Part shown: positions 41,651 through 51,700 of the stretch, one piece after another
How the letters are laid out: the number at the start of each line of letters is the position of its first letter
How positions within the stretch are numbered: position 1 is the first letter of the stretch
Source of the DNA: a virus
Reading direction: 5' to 3' (one strand)
Virus record (IMG/VR): IMGVR_UViG_3300036792_000176
Coordinates: 23,998 to 87,997 of that record
DNA: 64,000 nucleotides
Position numbers and translations under genes: made by a program
Notes under the pieces: model-generated
Databases searched by the model: none
What the model saw: the letters and a program-made list of their open reading frames with translations, nothing else
What the model was told of the DNA's origin: nothing

Positions 41651-43979
41651 AGACCTGATATGGCAATGGTGCCGATTCGGCTGGACATTCCGTGGCATCG
41701 GCAAGCGCCCCCAAGAGCAAAAGGACTGGTATGTCTCCCGTCTGAAGTACGAGATGGGTCTCATCATCAGCAAGGGTTTTGCAGACTTCTTCCTGGTCAC
41801 AAGTGACATGGTTCGCTGGGCTAAGGATTACCGGGGCCCGGAGGCTCCGCACGGTATACCCGTAGGGCCCGGACGCGGTAGCGTCGCGGCTAGCGTCGTC
41901 GCCTGGATGCTGAGGATAACGGAGGTCGATCCTGTACGGTACCCCAACCTCCTATTCGAGAGGTTCCTTGATATCACCAGGTCCGATCTTCCTGATATCG
42001 ACCTGGACATATCTGACGAGCATAGGTATCTCGTCCGTGACTATATGGCAAAGAGGTACGGGCAAGATTGCGTTGGGAGCGTCGCAAACTTCGTCCGGTA
42101 TCGAGGTAAGAATAGCCTGGCCGACGTAGCACGGGTGTATGAAGTCCCCAGCTACGCGAAGGAGGTAGTGAGCAACCTGATCATTGAGCGATCAGGCGGA
42201 GACTCACGATTCGACTCCGGGCTAGAGGATACTGTGAATATGTTCCCGGCCGCCAAAGAGATATTCGACGCTTACCCCAAGCTCTGGCAGGCTACGCGCC
42301 TCGAGGGCAACGTACGCGGCATGAGCGTTCACGCCGCCGGGCTGATCGTTACCCAGACCCCTCTCACAGACATATGCGCCGTGTACGAGCGCGAGGCCGC
42401 CGGTGAGATCCGGCAGGTGCTTAGCATCGACAAGTATGACGTTGAGTACGCCGAGATGATCAAGATGGACCTTCTCGGGCTTAGCACTATGGGAGTTATA
42501 GCTAACTGCCTTGAGATGACAGGACTAACCCTGGAGGATCTTTATGGTATACCAGATGATGACCCTAAAGCGCTGGCGGTATTTCGCAACGGTGACGTCA
42601 CAGGGATATTTCAGTTTGAGGGCCGGGCGACCAGGCTGGTCAACAGGGATGTACATCCTGATAATTTCTCCGAGGTCACCGATATCAACGCGCTATCACG
42701 TCCGGGTCCGCTTTTCTCCGGTACCACCGCAGAATATTGCGACGTCAAGCACGGCCGTCGTGAGCCCGAACGATACCACCCCCTCGTCACTGATATCACA
42801 GCTCACACAAAGGGCCAGATCATATACCAGGAACAGATCCTGCAAATTGTACGTGATGTGGGAGGATTCGACTGGACCCACGCAGTCGAGATACGACGAA
42901 TCATCAGCAAGAAGATGGGTGAGGCCGCATTCGGCGTTTCGATGGGAGCGTTCGTAGAGGGGGCAGCAAGGCTACATGGAATCGATGAACACACCGCAGA
43001 CAGAATCTGGAAGCGTCTCGTCACTAGCGGCACTTATGCTTTTGTCTATGCTCACTCCGTCAGTTACTCTATCCTTGGACTATGGTGCGCCTGGCTCAAG
43101 GCACACTATCCTCTTGAGTTCTATGCCGCCCACCTCGCGAAGACGGAAGACGCCGAGCAGCGATTCAAGCTGATGAGAGACGCCCAGGCTCACGGCATAA
43201 CGATAATGCCGCCCGTTCTCAATTGGAGCGGCAAGAGCTGGAAGCCAGTCCGAAAGATGAATAGCCTAGTAGCGGGCTGGCGCGAGATACCGGGCATAGG
43301 CGAGAAGACTGCCGACAACATAGCCAAGTTCAGAGAGGAGAACGGTAAGTTCCGTAGCTGGGGTCAGCTTCAGGAGATCAAGGGAATTGGCCCAAAGACT
43401 GTAGATAAGATGTACGCATTTTCCACATCAAATGATCCATTCGGACTTAAGATCACCGGTCAGCGCCTAGAGCGAGTGCGCAAGTTCATAGAGACCAATA
43501 ATAAATTCGCAGAGGAGATGTTCGCCGAAGGATCATTCAAGCAGCAGACGGCAAGGGTCCCGGTTCCTACGCATAATGGAGCTGAGGTAGCGGCGATACA
43601 CATCAAGGAGGAATATGGAGCCAACGCCAAGAAGAACTATGGCAAGGGACCACGCGTTGTTTATATGGGTATTGTACGCGAGAGAAACATGCAGGATGCC
43701 GTCGAGAACCGACGATCGCGTACTGGCGAGGAAGCAGAAGATATTCTCGCCAGCCTATACCGACCGGATCTCCTCAGCTATTGCTCGCTACGCTGTATCG
43801 ATACCACGGAAGAGGAGGTCTACATACGAGTCAATCGTTTCGTATTCCCTCGCGTCAAGAAGAAGATCCAGTCAATCGTAGAGGGCCGCGACGTTATCAT
43901 ATGTGTGGGCCAGCGTATAGCCGGTTTCGGCACCCCGGTAATGGCCGACGAGATATACATAATCGATCCAGACGATTAG
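41601..43979 (+). CDS. dnaE: DNA polymerase III alpha, catalytic part
   Basis: GPGRGS, LLFERFL, PDIDLD, HAAG, KMDLLGL, GIFQF, YQEQ, LKAHYPLEFY. Confidence 0.92.
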   Translation: MPTKQLSSSLTTAVSSEDLIWQWCRFGWTFRGIGKRPQEQKDWYVSRLKYEMGLIISKGFADFFLVTSDMVRWAKDYRGPEAPHGIPVGPGRGSVAASVVAWMLRITEVDPVRYPNLLFERFLDITRSDLPDIDLDISDEHRYLVRDYMAKRYGQDCVGSVANFVRYRGKNSLADVARVYEVPSYAKEVVSNLIIERSGGDSRFDSGLEDTVNMFPAAKEIFDAYPKLWQATRLEGNVRGMSVHAAGLIVTQTPLTDICAVYEREAAGEIRQVLSIDKYDVEYAEMIKMDLLGLSTMGVIANCLEMTGLTLEDLYGIPDDDPKALAVFRNGDVTGIFQFEGRATRLVNRDVHPDNFSEVTDINALSRPGPLFSGTTAEYCDVKHGRREPERYHPLVTDITAHTKGQIIYQEQILQIVRDVGGFDWTHAVEIRRIISKKMGEAAFGVSMGAFVEGAARLHGIDEHTADRIWKRLVTSGTYAFVYAHSVSYSILGLWCAWLKAHYPLEFYAAHLAKTEDAEQRFKLMRDAQAHGITIMPPVLNWSGKSWKPVRKMNSLVAGWREIPGIGEKTADNIAKFREENGKFRSWGQLQEIKGIGPKTVDKMYAFSTSNDPFGLKITGQRLERVRKFIETNNKFAEEMFAEGSFKQQTARVPVPTHNGAEVAAIHIKEEYGANAKKNYGKGPRVVYMGIVRERNMQDAVENRRSRTGEEAEDILASLYRPDLLSYCSLRCIDTTEEEVYIRVNRFVFPRVKKKIQSIVEGRDVIICVGQRIAGFGTPVMADEIYIIDPDD

Positions 43980-43987
43980 GAGGGGTG

Positions 43988-45771
43988 ATGGCATACTCTA
44001 GTAACAAGGCCCTGATAGTCGAGGTTGAGTCAGAATTCGAAGACTCGTATGACGGCACAGAGGTGTACCTGAACGGCTGCAAGATAGGGTACCGCGCCTG
44101 GGACGGGAAAAGCAGGGAAGAGATAAGCGAAGAAGTGTCTCAGGCGCTAGCAGAGCTGCTTCGCGAGAAGCTAGGGTGGCCAGAGAACAGCTACGATCCG
44201 ATATCAGAGGAATAGTTAGATACCGTACATGGTGAAGGATTCGTACAAAGGATGGCCATATCGTGGAGATCGTTACGACCAGAAATAGATATGGTATCAC
44301 ATAGCTCGTCTCCGCGAGGCCGCCGGTGATCTGGATGGTGCAGCGCGGGCCAGACAGACGGCTCGTATCCTCCCGAATATGAAACTCAGAAGAAAGTTCT
44401 GGTACTGATGGCAATTCAGGTACACATAACAGATAGCTTTATGGTTGATGGTGTCGCCATATACATCACAGAGAAATTCGATCGCAGCAACAGGCGTCTG
44501 CTCCAGATCAACGGTGACACAAGGGAGTGGAAGGAAATCGTCGATCCTGGCATAATCGAAAAGCCCACATTCTCATTCAACGGGGAAGAGGCGCGAGCGC
44601 TTCACGAGGCGCTCGCAGGATTCTATCAGGGCTCTCCTGATCTGCATATGGTTAGAGCTGATCTAATCCACGAGCGCGGCCGCGTCGACAGGATGATGGA
44701 AACGATGATGCGGCTGGCCGAGACGCCACAGACTGTTCGTCTGATAACCGGTGGTGACTGATGGGGACGTCTAGGCTTAATCCACGCAACACCAGGAAGA
44801 TAGCCCGTGCCACCGGCCTGAACGTAATCATGGCATGGAGTGGCGGCGGATACGACCTGGGCTTCGTGACATCGGATCATGTGCACGGAGTGTTCCACAA
44901 GAAGGACGAAACGTGGGAGGTATTCGATAAAGACCCTGACAAACTAGGAAACCACATGACATCATGCCGTGAGCTATTTCCTGATGATTTCGATGATGTC
45001 TGACTACTGGTTCTGGCAAAGGTACGATGCCATCCTACTCCAGAAGCATGAGAAGGAACATGTTGAAGCAGATACCAGGGACGATAATTGTCCGCACTGT
45101 GCCTCTGGTCGTTAGCTCGGAGAGCATGGATGACGATGACTTCGTGATGCATATGAACAGGAGGCACAGGGATAGTTTTGGCGGCGGTTATGTAAAGTAC
45201 GAGACCCCGGCCCACATGGCGGATCTTAGGCACTTCCATGACCAGCTACATACCCTGAGGCTGAACGTAGCCCACGAGCACGAGTAGGGGATATGCGAAG
45301 AGAAGTCATCAGAACGAGCACAAGAAATATGCAGACAGGGGTAACGAGCACATATGACCAGACCACATACACTATGCCCGAGAAAGAGTTCCTAGAGAGA
45401 CTGGGGATAGAGTCTTCAGAAGGGGTTCTGGGTATCAGACATGACTTCATAACATCTGAGAAGAATATCACGATAACCATGAGGAAGAAGGCTGCAGAGT
45501 GAAGATATTCAGGCACAGGCACAGGTGGCGCGCTACCGGCGTAGAGCATGTCATCAGCCCCTTCTCATTCACGTCTATCAATGATCACGCCACAACCGTT
45601 CTATGGCACTGTAGGTGTAGTCTCGTATGCTCGACAGAGGTTCGCGGGTACTGGACGCTGGACCAGATACATGGAAATTCCGTGATATCGGATGGCCTGA
45701 TGATCTATGCAGCTATGAGCGACGTTATGGCGAGAGCTGCGGTTCGTACGGAGCCCGTAGCTCCGAAATAA
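43988..45771 (+). CDS. run of small hypothetical genes
   Basis: 43988-44215, 44408-44761, 44761-45003, 45027-45287, 45293-45502, 45499-45771. Confidence 0.6.
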
Positions 45772-46033
45772 GGCGTCCGAACCCGGGCCCTAGCCGTTCC
45801 GCCGCCCGGCGATTTACTCTCCGTACGTGCGAGCTCCATAGGGTTTCCAGAGGGTCCCCGTCCGGCCGCGCTACCCCTCCGCCCGGCCGAATTATAACGA
45901 TTCTATTACGGGGTAACGAAACGATATACTGCACCCCTACCTAGCGGAGTAGCGTCACGTCTTGCAAGACGCGCTGCAGTGGCACCCAGCCCCGGTAACG
46001 AGTCGGCGCGTTCCTTCTTAGAATGGACAGGAA

Positions 46034-46912
46034 ATGTTCGGGAACATCTTTACCAGGAGTGTCCGTAGCATGCTCGGCATGCTCGGGATCGTCGGTGTGA
46101 CGATCGTGACCATGGTGATGCTAGCAACGTCAGCCATGGGCAGCCTCGCAATGAATGGTCCGTCTTCGTACAACGAGGAACAGGTGCAGGTTGCTGTGGC
46201 TCCGGCCTCCCACAGCACACTGGCCAAGACGGTCGCATTCCAGATGTCAGCTCTGGCAAGGGCCGCTCACAGCATGTCGGCGGCTACAGCTCCCGTCCTC
46301 GTTCACCTGCCGAGCATCTACCGTGTGAAATCCGGCCAGAGCCTATCGAGCATAGCAGCCGCGGTGTACGGCAACAGCAAGGCATGGACGGCCATCTACT
46401 GGGCCAACAAGAACACCATCAAGTACGCGAACATCGTCTACGTCGGGCAGGCCCTCAGCATTCCGGCGATGCCCGCGTCAATCCCCGCCCCTCCCTCGCA
46501 GCTCTCACCACCGGCTCCCCCGGCTCCCCCGGCTCCCCCGGCTCCGCCCCAGCCCAAGGTTATCCTGGCGTCGGACAACGACAGCGACAGCACCCCCTCG
46601 CACACCTCGTCGTACGTGCCGCCGCAGCCGGCACAGGCTCCCGCCCCTGCTCCAGTCACGTCCAGTAACTACAGCGTTAACTCCTCGTTCCAGGCATGCG
46701 TGATACGCGCTGAGTCCGGCGGCAACGCCCAGATCTGGAATGCCAGCGGGCACTACGGACTGTACCAGTTCAGCGAGCAGACCTGGGTCGCGTACGGCGG
46801 TAACGCCGGAGACTTCGGTCACGCCTCGGCGGCCGAGCAGACGCAGGTGTTCGACAACGCGATGGCGACGGCCGGTGGTGCGAACAATTGGGCACCGTAC
46901 GACGGCTGCTAG
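46034..46912 (+). CDS. secreted LysM + Rpf-like transglycosylase
   Basis: signal/TM segment; LysM YRVKSGQSLSSIA; Pro linker; AESGGN..GLYQF..TW..YGG...ASAAEQ. Confidence 0.85.
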   Translation: MFGNIFTRSVRSMLGMLGIVGVTIVTMVMLATSAMGSLAMNGPSSYNEEQVQVAVAPASHSTLAKTVAFQMSALARAAHSMSAATAPVLVHLPSIYRVKSGQSLSSIAAAVYGNSKAWTAIYWANKNTIKYANIVYVGQALSIPAMPASIPAPPSQLSPPAPPAPPAPPAPPQPKVILASDNDSDSTPSHTSSYVPPQPAQAPAPAPVTSSNYSVNSSFQACVIRAESGGNAQIWNASGHYGLYQFSEQTWVAYGGNAGDFGHASAAEQTQVFDNAMATAGGANNWAPYDGC

Positions 46913-46929
46913 TCAGCAGCCCAAACGCT

Positions 46930-46965
46930 GAAGGCCGGCCACCCAGCCCCGGGTGGTCGGCCTTC
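46930..46965. terminator. bidirectional terminator between the two genome arms
   Basis: GAAGGCCGGCCACCC/GGGTGGTCGGCCTTC between convergent genes. Confidence 0.8.
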
Positions 46966-46979
46966 TCTATGCCCTAAAT

Positions 46980-47738
46980 TCAGGCGGTTGTCTTGCCTGC
47001 TATCTTGTACGGCGGAGTCCAGTCCGCAGTCTCCGAGCTGACCCGCTTCGACTCGCAAAGCTCGCCGGACGAGTCGGTGCCTACCGCGTAGAGGTTGCCA
47101 GCCTTATCGGTATACACCCCGCACACCTTGATCGGGATGGCCGAGAATGTCATGGCGGGCTTCGGGGCCGGGGCCGGGGCCGGGGTGACCGTCGCCTTCT
47201 TCGACACGTTCTCCGCCCACGGGGTAGAGAACACATTGACATCGTACGTGCCTTCGTCCCCAAACTGCCACCCGACTATCGGGAACGGGCCGCCGCTGTT
47301 CTCCACCATCGCGGTAGCCTGGGCCTGCGTCACGCCCCACTTCGCTACCACGAGGCCGACGCCCGAGGTAACCCCGCCACTCACCAGTGCGTTGCACACC
47401 GGTGTGAGGTTGCTGTAGCTCGCGTAGATGGCCGGTGATCGCTGCCCGGGGCGTACGGCCTTTTCGAAGTTTGCCTTGGCAGCCTGGGCCCATTTGGCGA
47501 GATCCGCCAGGGTAGCCGCGCCAGCCTCATAGTCGAGGTAGTCAGCCGTCTCATCGATATTCGTTAGGACGGGACTCTGGTCGATGCGCAGACAGTTGGG
47601 GTTGGCGTCGAGCTGCGCGGCGGTGGCGATGATGTCAGAGCTGCCGGTTACGTAAAGGGCTCTGATGCGACCGTCGTTTGGCACGAGATGTAGATTGGCG
47701 CTTATGGCGTCGTAACCGACCTGGGTTGCTACTGACAT
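46980..47738 (-). CDS. endolysin, GH25-like muramidase
   Basis: LDYE, AIYAS, VAKW, GWQF, YDVNVF; PAPAPAP linker; at the end of the late operon. Confidence 0.65.
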   Translation of the reverse strand: MSVATQVGYDAISANLHLVPNDGRIRALYVTGSSDIIATAAQLDANPNCLRIDQSPVLTNIDETADYLDYEAGAATLADLAKWAQAAKANFEKAVRPGQRSPAIYASYSNLTPVCNALVSGGVTSGVGLVVAKWGVTQAQATAMVENSGGPFPIVGWQFGDEGTYDVNVFSTPWAENVSKKATVTPAPAPAPKPAMTFSAIPIKVCGVYTDKAGNLYAVGTDSSGELCESKRVSSETADWTPPYKIAGKTTA

Positions 47739-48405
47739 GCTGTCTCCTGAGTTTGCTCGGGCACTGTGTACTGCATTGTTTGTCCAGTCGCCAGTAAGCA
47801 GCGGTACTCTTTGCCAAGAGTAACGAATGCCTCATAGAACTGGTATGAGGAAACCCTTGACGGGTTCGCTCCAGGATTCGGGGGCTTAGGTACCGGTGCC
47901 GATGTGACCAGACTTACAACGCCACATAGCTGGTGATTGGACTGTGCTATGGATGCTGCTATCGCCTCCTGCTCTGCTCTTTGTATTGCGGCCAGAGCCT
48001 GCCTCTGTGCCTTCGCCGTGGTTGCCGCTGACTTTGACACAGCTTGATCAGCACGCCATCCAGACACGAAGTAGTCACCGATGAGGGCCGCGAGGATGGT
48101 GATCACGATGATCATCGATGCAACTATTACTACTGTTCCCCTGGACATCCTCTCTGATATGGACGTCCTATTCAAGGTCTGGCTCCATTTCGACGATCCT
48201 TGTCATGGTCTTCCAGGATGAGGACACGGCTATCGAGATTGCTGAATTTGGTAGACAGGTCCTTGATGTCTTTGCTGAGCTGAATAGTCGCATTCGTATT
48301 GCTATCTGTACTGCTAATCCAACGGAATATTGCGCGAGCGACTATCACAACCGCAGTACAGAACGCAACAACTCCGCCCAAGCTGCCAAGTACGGCAAAT
48401 ATCAC
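47729..48405 (-). CDS. two membrane proteins, holin/lysis-accessory candidates (47729-48175, 48172-48405)
   Basis: N-terminal TM plus coiled coil; next to the endolysin. Confidence 0.6.
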
Positions 48406-48442
48406 TTCCCCTTCTCCCTGCTCGGTTAATCTGCGGATATTG

Positions 48443-48736
48443 TCACTGTCCAGCCCAGTACTGCGATAGCTCCTGGTTGAAGTCGAAGTCGGTAGGCTGT
48501 GATGCACTACCGAAGTACACTTGTGCTACAGTGTTGAGGTAGCTTATGGCAGCCAGAGCGGTGGTCGCGTCCTCGGCGCTATACCCGATCGCCTCCAGCG
48601 ATGCTTGTCCACCACCTTGCCCATTGATCTGAATCGACAGATTGATGCACTTCTGCATGATATTGCGCATTGATACCGAGAGGTCGGTTATCGAGCTGTT
48701 GATTGTCGCCGTACTTGCCTGTGATCCTACGGTCAC
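48443..48736 (-). CDS. hypothetical tail-associated protein
   Basis: overlaps the stop of the tail gene. Confidence 0.65.
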   Translation of the reverse strand: MTVGSQASTATINSSITDLSVSMRNIMQKCINLSIQINGQGGGQASLEAIGYSAEDATTALAAISYLNTVAQVYFGSASQPTDFDFNQELSQYWAGQ

Positions 48737-51700
48737 GGACCTGTCCTTTCGAGGGATGAGAAGACCCCGGTTATAGACGGGCTTCCTGCTGTATTGCCCC
48801 AGCCAGCCTGAAGGGTTATATTGGATGCAGTTGTCGTGTCTATGCTGACAGGAGAGTTACCGCCTATGAAAGCGCTAGAGGCATTCGGACTATTGGAAGA
48901 TACCGGTAGCTGAGTGGTTCCGGTGAGTGGTGATCCACAGTACACGCCCATCTGTACCTTGCCAGATACAGAGCATGTTCCCGATGACCCTGTCGTCTTT
49001 ATAGCAATAGTGAATTCTGCGCTCCATTCGAATTGATCACTATTGGCCATGAATGTGGCGCCAATATTAATGGCTGCTGCCTGGCCCGTAATCCCATTGA
49101 TGCAGAACGAAAGCACGCTGGATACGGATCCCGTAGAGCCAAATCCGTTAGCCCGGAGTGTGTATGTCGTATTGATCTGGCCATCGAATGCAGAGTACGG
49201 CCATGCGATGGATACCGCAGACATCGTGCTCCCGGTCACGACCTTGGTCGTGGTATCATTCTGTCGTACCGGGAGGGAGCCTACGAATCCGCTCGGAAGG
49301 ATAGCCGCAGGAGTTCCGGATGTGTTCGCGTACAGCGAAGACATACCGGCCGCCGGTACCGGCGGCGTGCCGCTCGCGGTGAGGGTGAGTAGCCCTGCCA
49401 GAACCCCGAGAGGATAATTGTTGGAGTAGGGGTCGGTTCCCGCGACGGCGGATATCGCGGCAATTAGCTGCCGTCTGACAGCAGTGACGATTATCTTACC
49501 ATTGTTTCCGGTTCCACCGGTGCCCGTTGCAGAGCCAGTACCGCCGCCACCGCCGCCAGGAGGGTTACCGTTACTACCATTGCCTGTACCGTAGGCGCTA
49601 CCAGCACCACCTGCAGCTCCTCCGGCAGGAGCGGGCCCTCCTGCTCCGCCCGCATTGGATGTTGTGCTAGCTCCATCATTACCGGATGATGCAGGGCCAG
49701 CGCTAGATCCGCCACCACCGCCACCTCCTCCGAGCGAACCGTGGGTGGAGCTGGCACCGCCATTGCCGCCTGGATAGTGGATCGTATTGTTCGATCCGTT
49801 GCCACCCCAGCCCGGGCCATACGTCTGGTACGGCACAGATGGCGCACCATTTGCCAGAACGGTGGTATTGTCACCCGCGAATGCTGTGTTCTGTCCTGCG
49901 GTGCTAGCATTAGGCGCAGTAGCGCCAGCGCCCCCAGCGCCCACGGTATACGAGTAGCTATTCCCCGGGGTAACCGCGAGCTGCGGCTCTTCCGCATACT
50001 CACCACCACCGCCGCCAGACGTCTCGTGAGCGCCGCCACCTGCAGCGCCGGACCAGCACTGAACACGGGCGAATTGCGTGCCTGATGGGCACAGCCAGAC
50101 GCTAGACCCTCCGTTGTATGTGGTGGTTATGTTCGTCTGGGCGTACACCAGGATCGCGCCGTCTGATATGTCGTCTATGACGAACGATGACGATTCTACC
50201 GTGCAGCCGTTGAGGGTACTGGCCGTTAGTGAAGTGGTGCCAATTGACGCTGCCGTAATAGACTGGCCATTGATCGCACCAGCAGCTATCAGTGCCGCGG
50301 TGATCGAGTTGGCCACGAGCAGGTCGGTCGTTATCGTCCCAGAGCCAAGGACCTGGAATCCTGCCCATACTATTGGGATCCAGTTATTCCCGTCCCAGTT
50401 GTTTAGCTGGTAGTAGTTTGCACTGTCAATCCATATGTTGCCGACTGCCGGGTTGCCAGGAGGACTAGCGGCTACCGTGACAACCGTTGTGCCGATATTG
50501 TATGTAACAGAGCTGCTGACGGATGAAGCTGTTACGGAGGCAGGGCCGATCTGCGCACCGGTTAGCGCTGCCGCCCCAGACTGACCGCCGGTAACCGCCG
50601 TACCGGTACTCTGGCCACCCACGGTAGTACCGGGATTGAATCCTGACTGGTATGGTGCCTCGGGTACCGTATTGAAGCTGAATGTCCAACTGAAGTTGTT
50701 TATGGTTTCGGTGTAACCCCAGGCTAGACTATTTGCCTGTGAACCTACCAGCCATGCCGGAGGGTTAGATATGGCTAGATAGTCGCCGATCCTCATGGAC
50801 GGTACCGCAGAGAAGATGCTCTGTGCTTCTGCCGTGGCTAGGTTTACGCTGACAGACGGTATCCTCAGAGCGCTAGCTACGCCTGGGAACAGCACCCTCT
50901 GGGCGACAGTAGAGACATCAGAGTCATTCTTGAGAACAACGCTTACCGGATTTCCTGGGTAGTCCCCGACACCATTTGGCGGCGCAAGGATAGATCGGAC
51001 CCCAGTAACCAGCTGCAACTTGTACGTGTACCCGTCGTAGTTCTGTACCGTTACATCATTGTTTATATACTGGTCATCGTAAGACGGCACAAGCGGCGCT
51101 GACAGGACGTTCCCGGCATAGTTTATGGTGAGGGCTGCAGACTGATTGATCAGCGAAGAGTATGTGCGATATCCAAGACCAAGCTGGTCGCGGGTCTCGT
51201 ACAGAATACCCTGGTCTGTGCTCTCTATCGTCTGTAGTACTGCCGCGAGCGTCCCGTCGTACTGCGGACCCATCGCTAGAGAGGTGGTACCTATCACCTC
51301 GTATGCTATGCCCATCTCTGTGCATATGCGCTCGAAGCGGGCTATCGCAGTCTCTCCGCTGTTACCGCCCAGGGCCATAGCGGCAGCGGTTATGCTCGGT
51401 ATGTTGTAGTGTACGCTGAGCTGGCCGCCAGCAGTATTCGTAAGGACGCCTGCGCGGCTAACGAGAATCGCGGTAACCGCGCCTATGCTTCCGGTTGTCG
51501 ATGCCGTTATAGACTCTATTACCGATGTTCCGCCGGGAGCAATAGTTCTCAGGGCAGCATTTACCGTAGAACCGGATGGCGTTAGCTCAACAGATAGTAG
51601 AACCGGCACACCCTGGTAATTATTGGTACCGGTCGAGATGAACAGGGAACCGCCGGAAGAGTTCAGACCCTGTAGTTCAAGATCACCGTTAGGTTTGAGA

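Noticed and set aside
45940-46033. c-di-AMP riboswitch upstream of the rpf-like gene
   Set aside because: The leader is short and lacks the ydaO consensus; only a small palindrome CGTCTTGCAAGACG is present.
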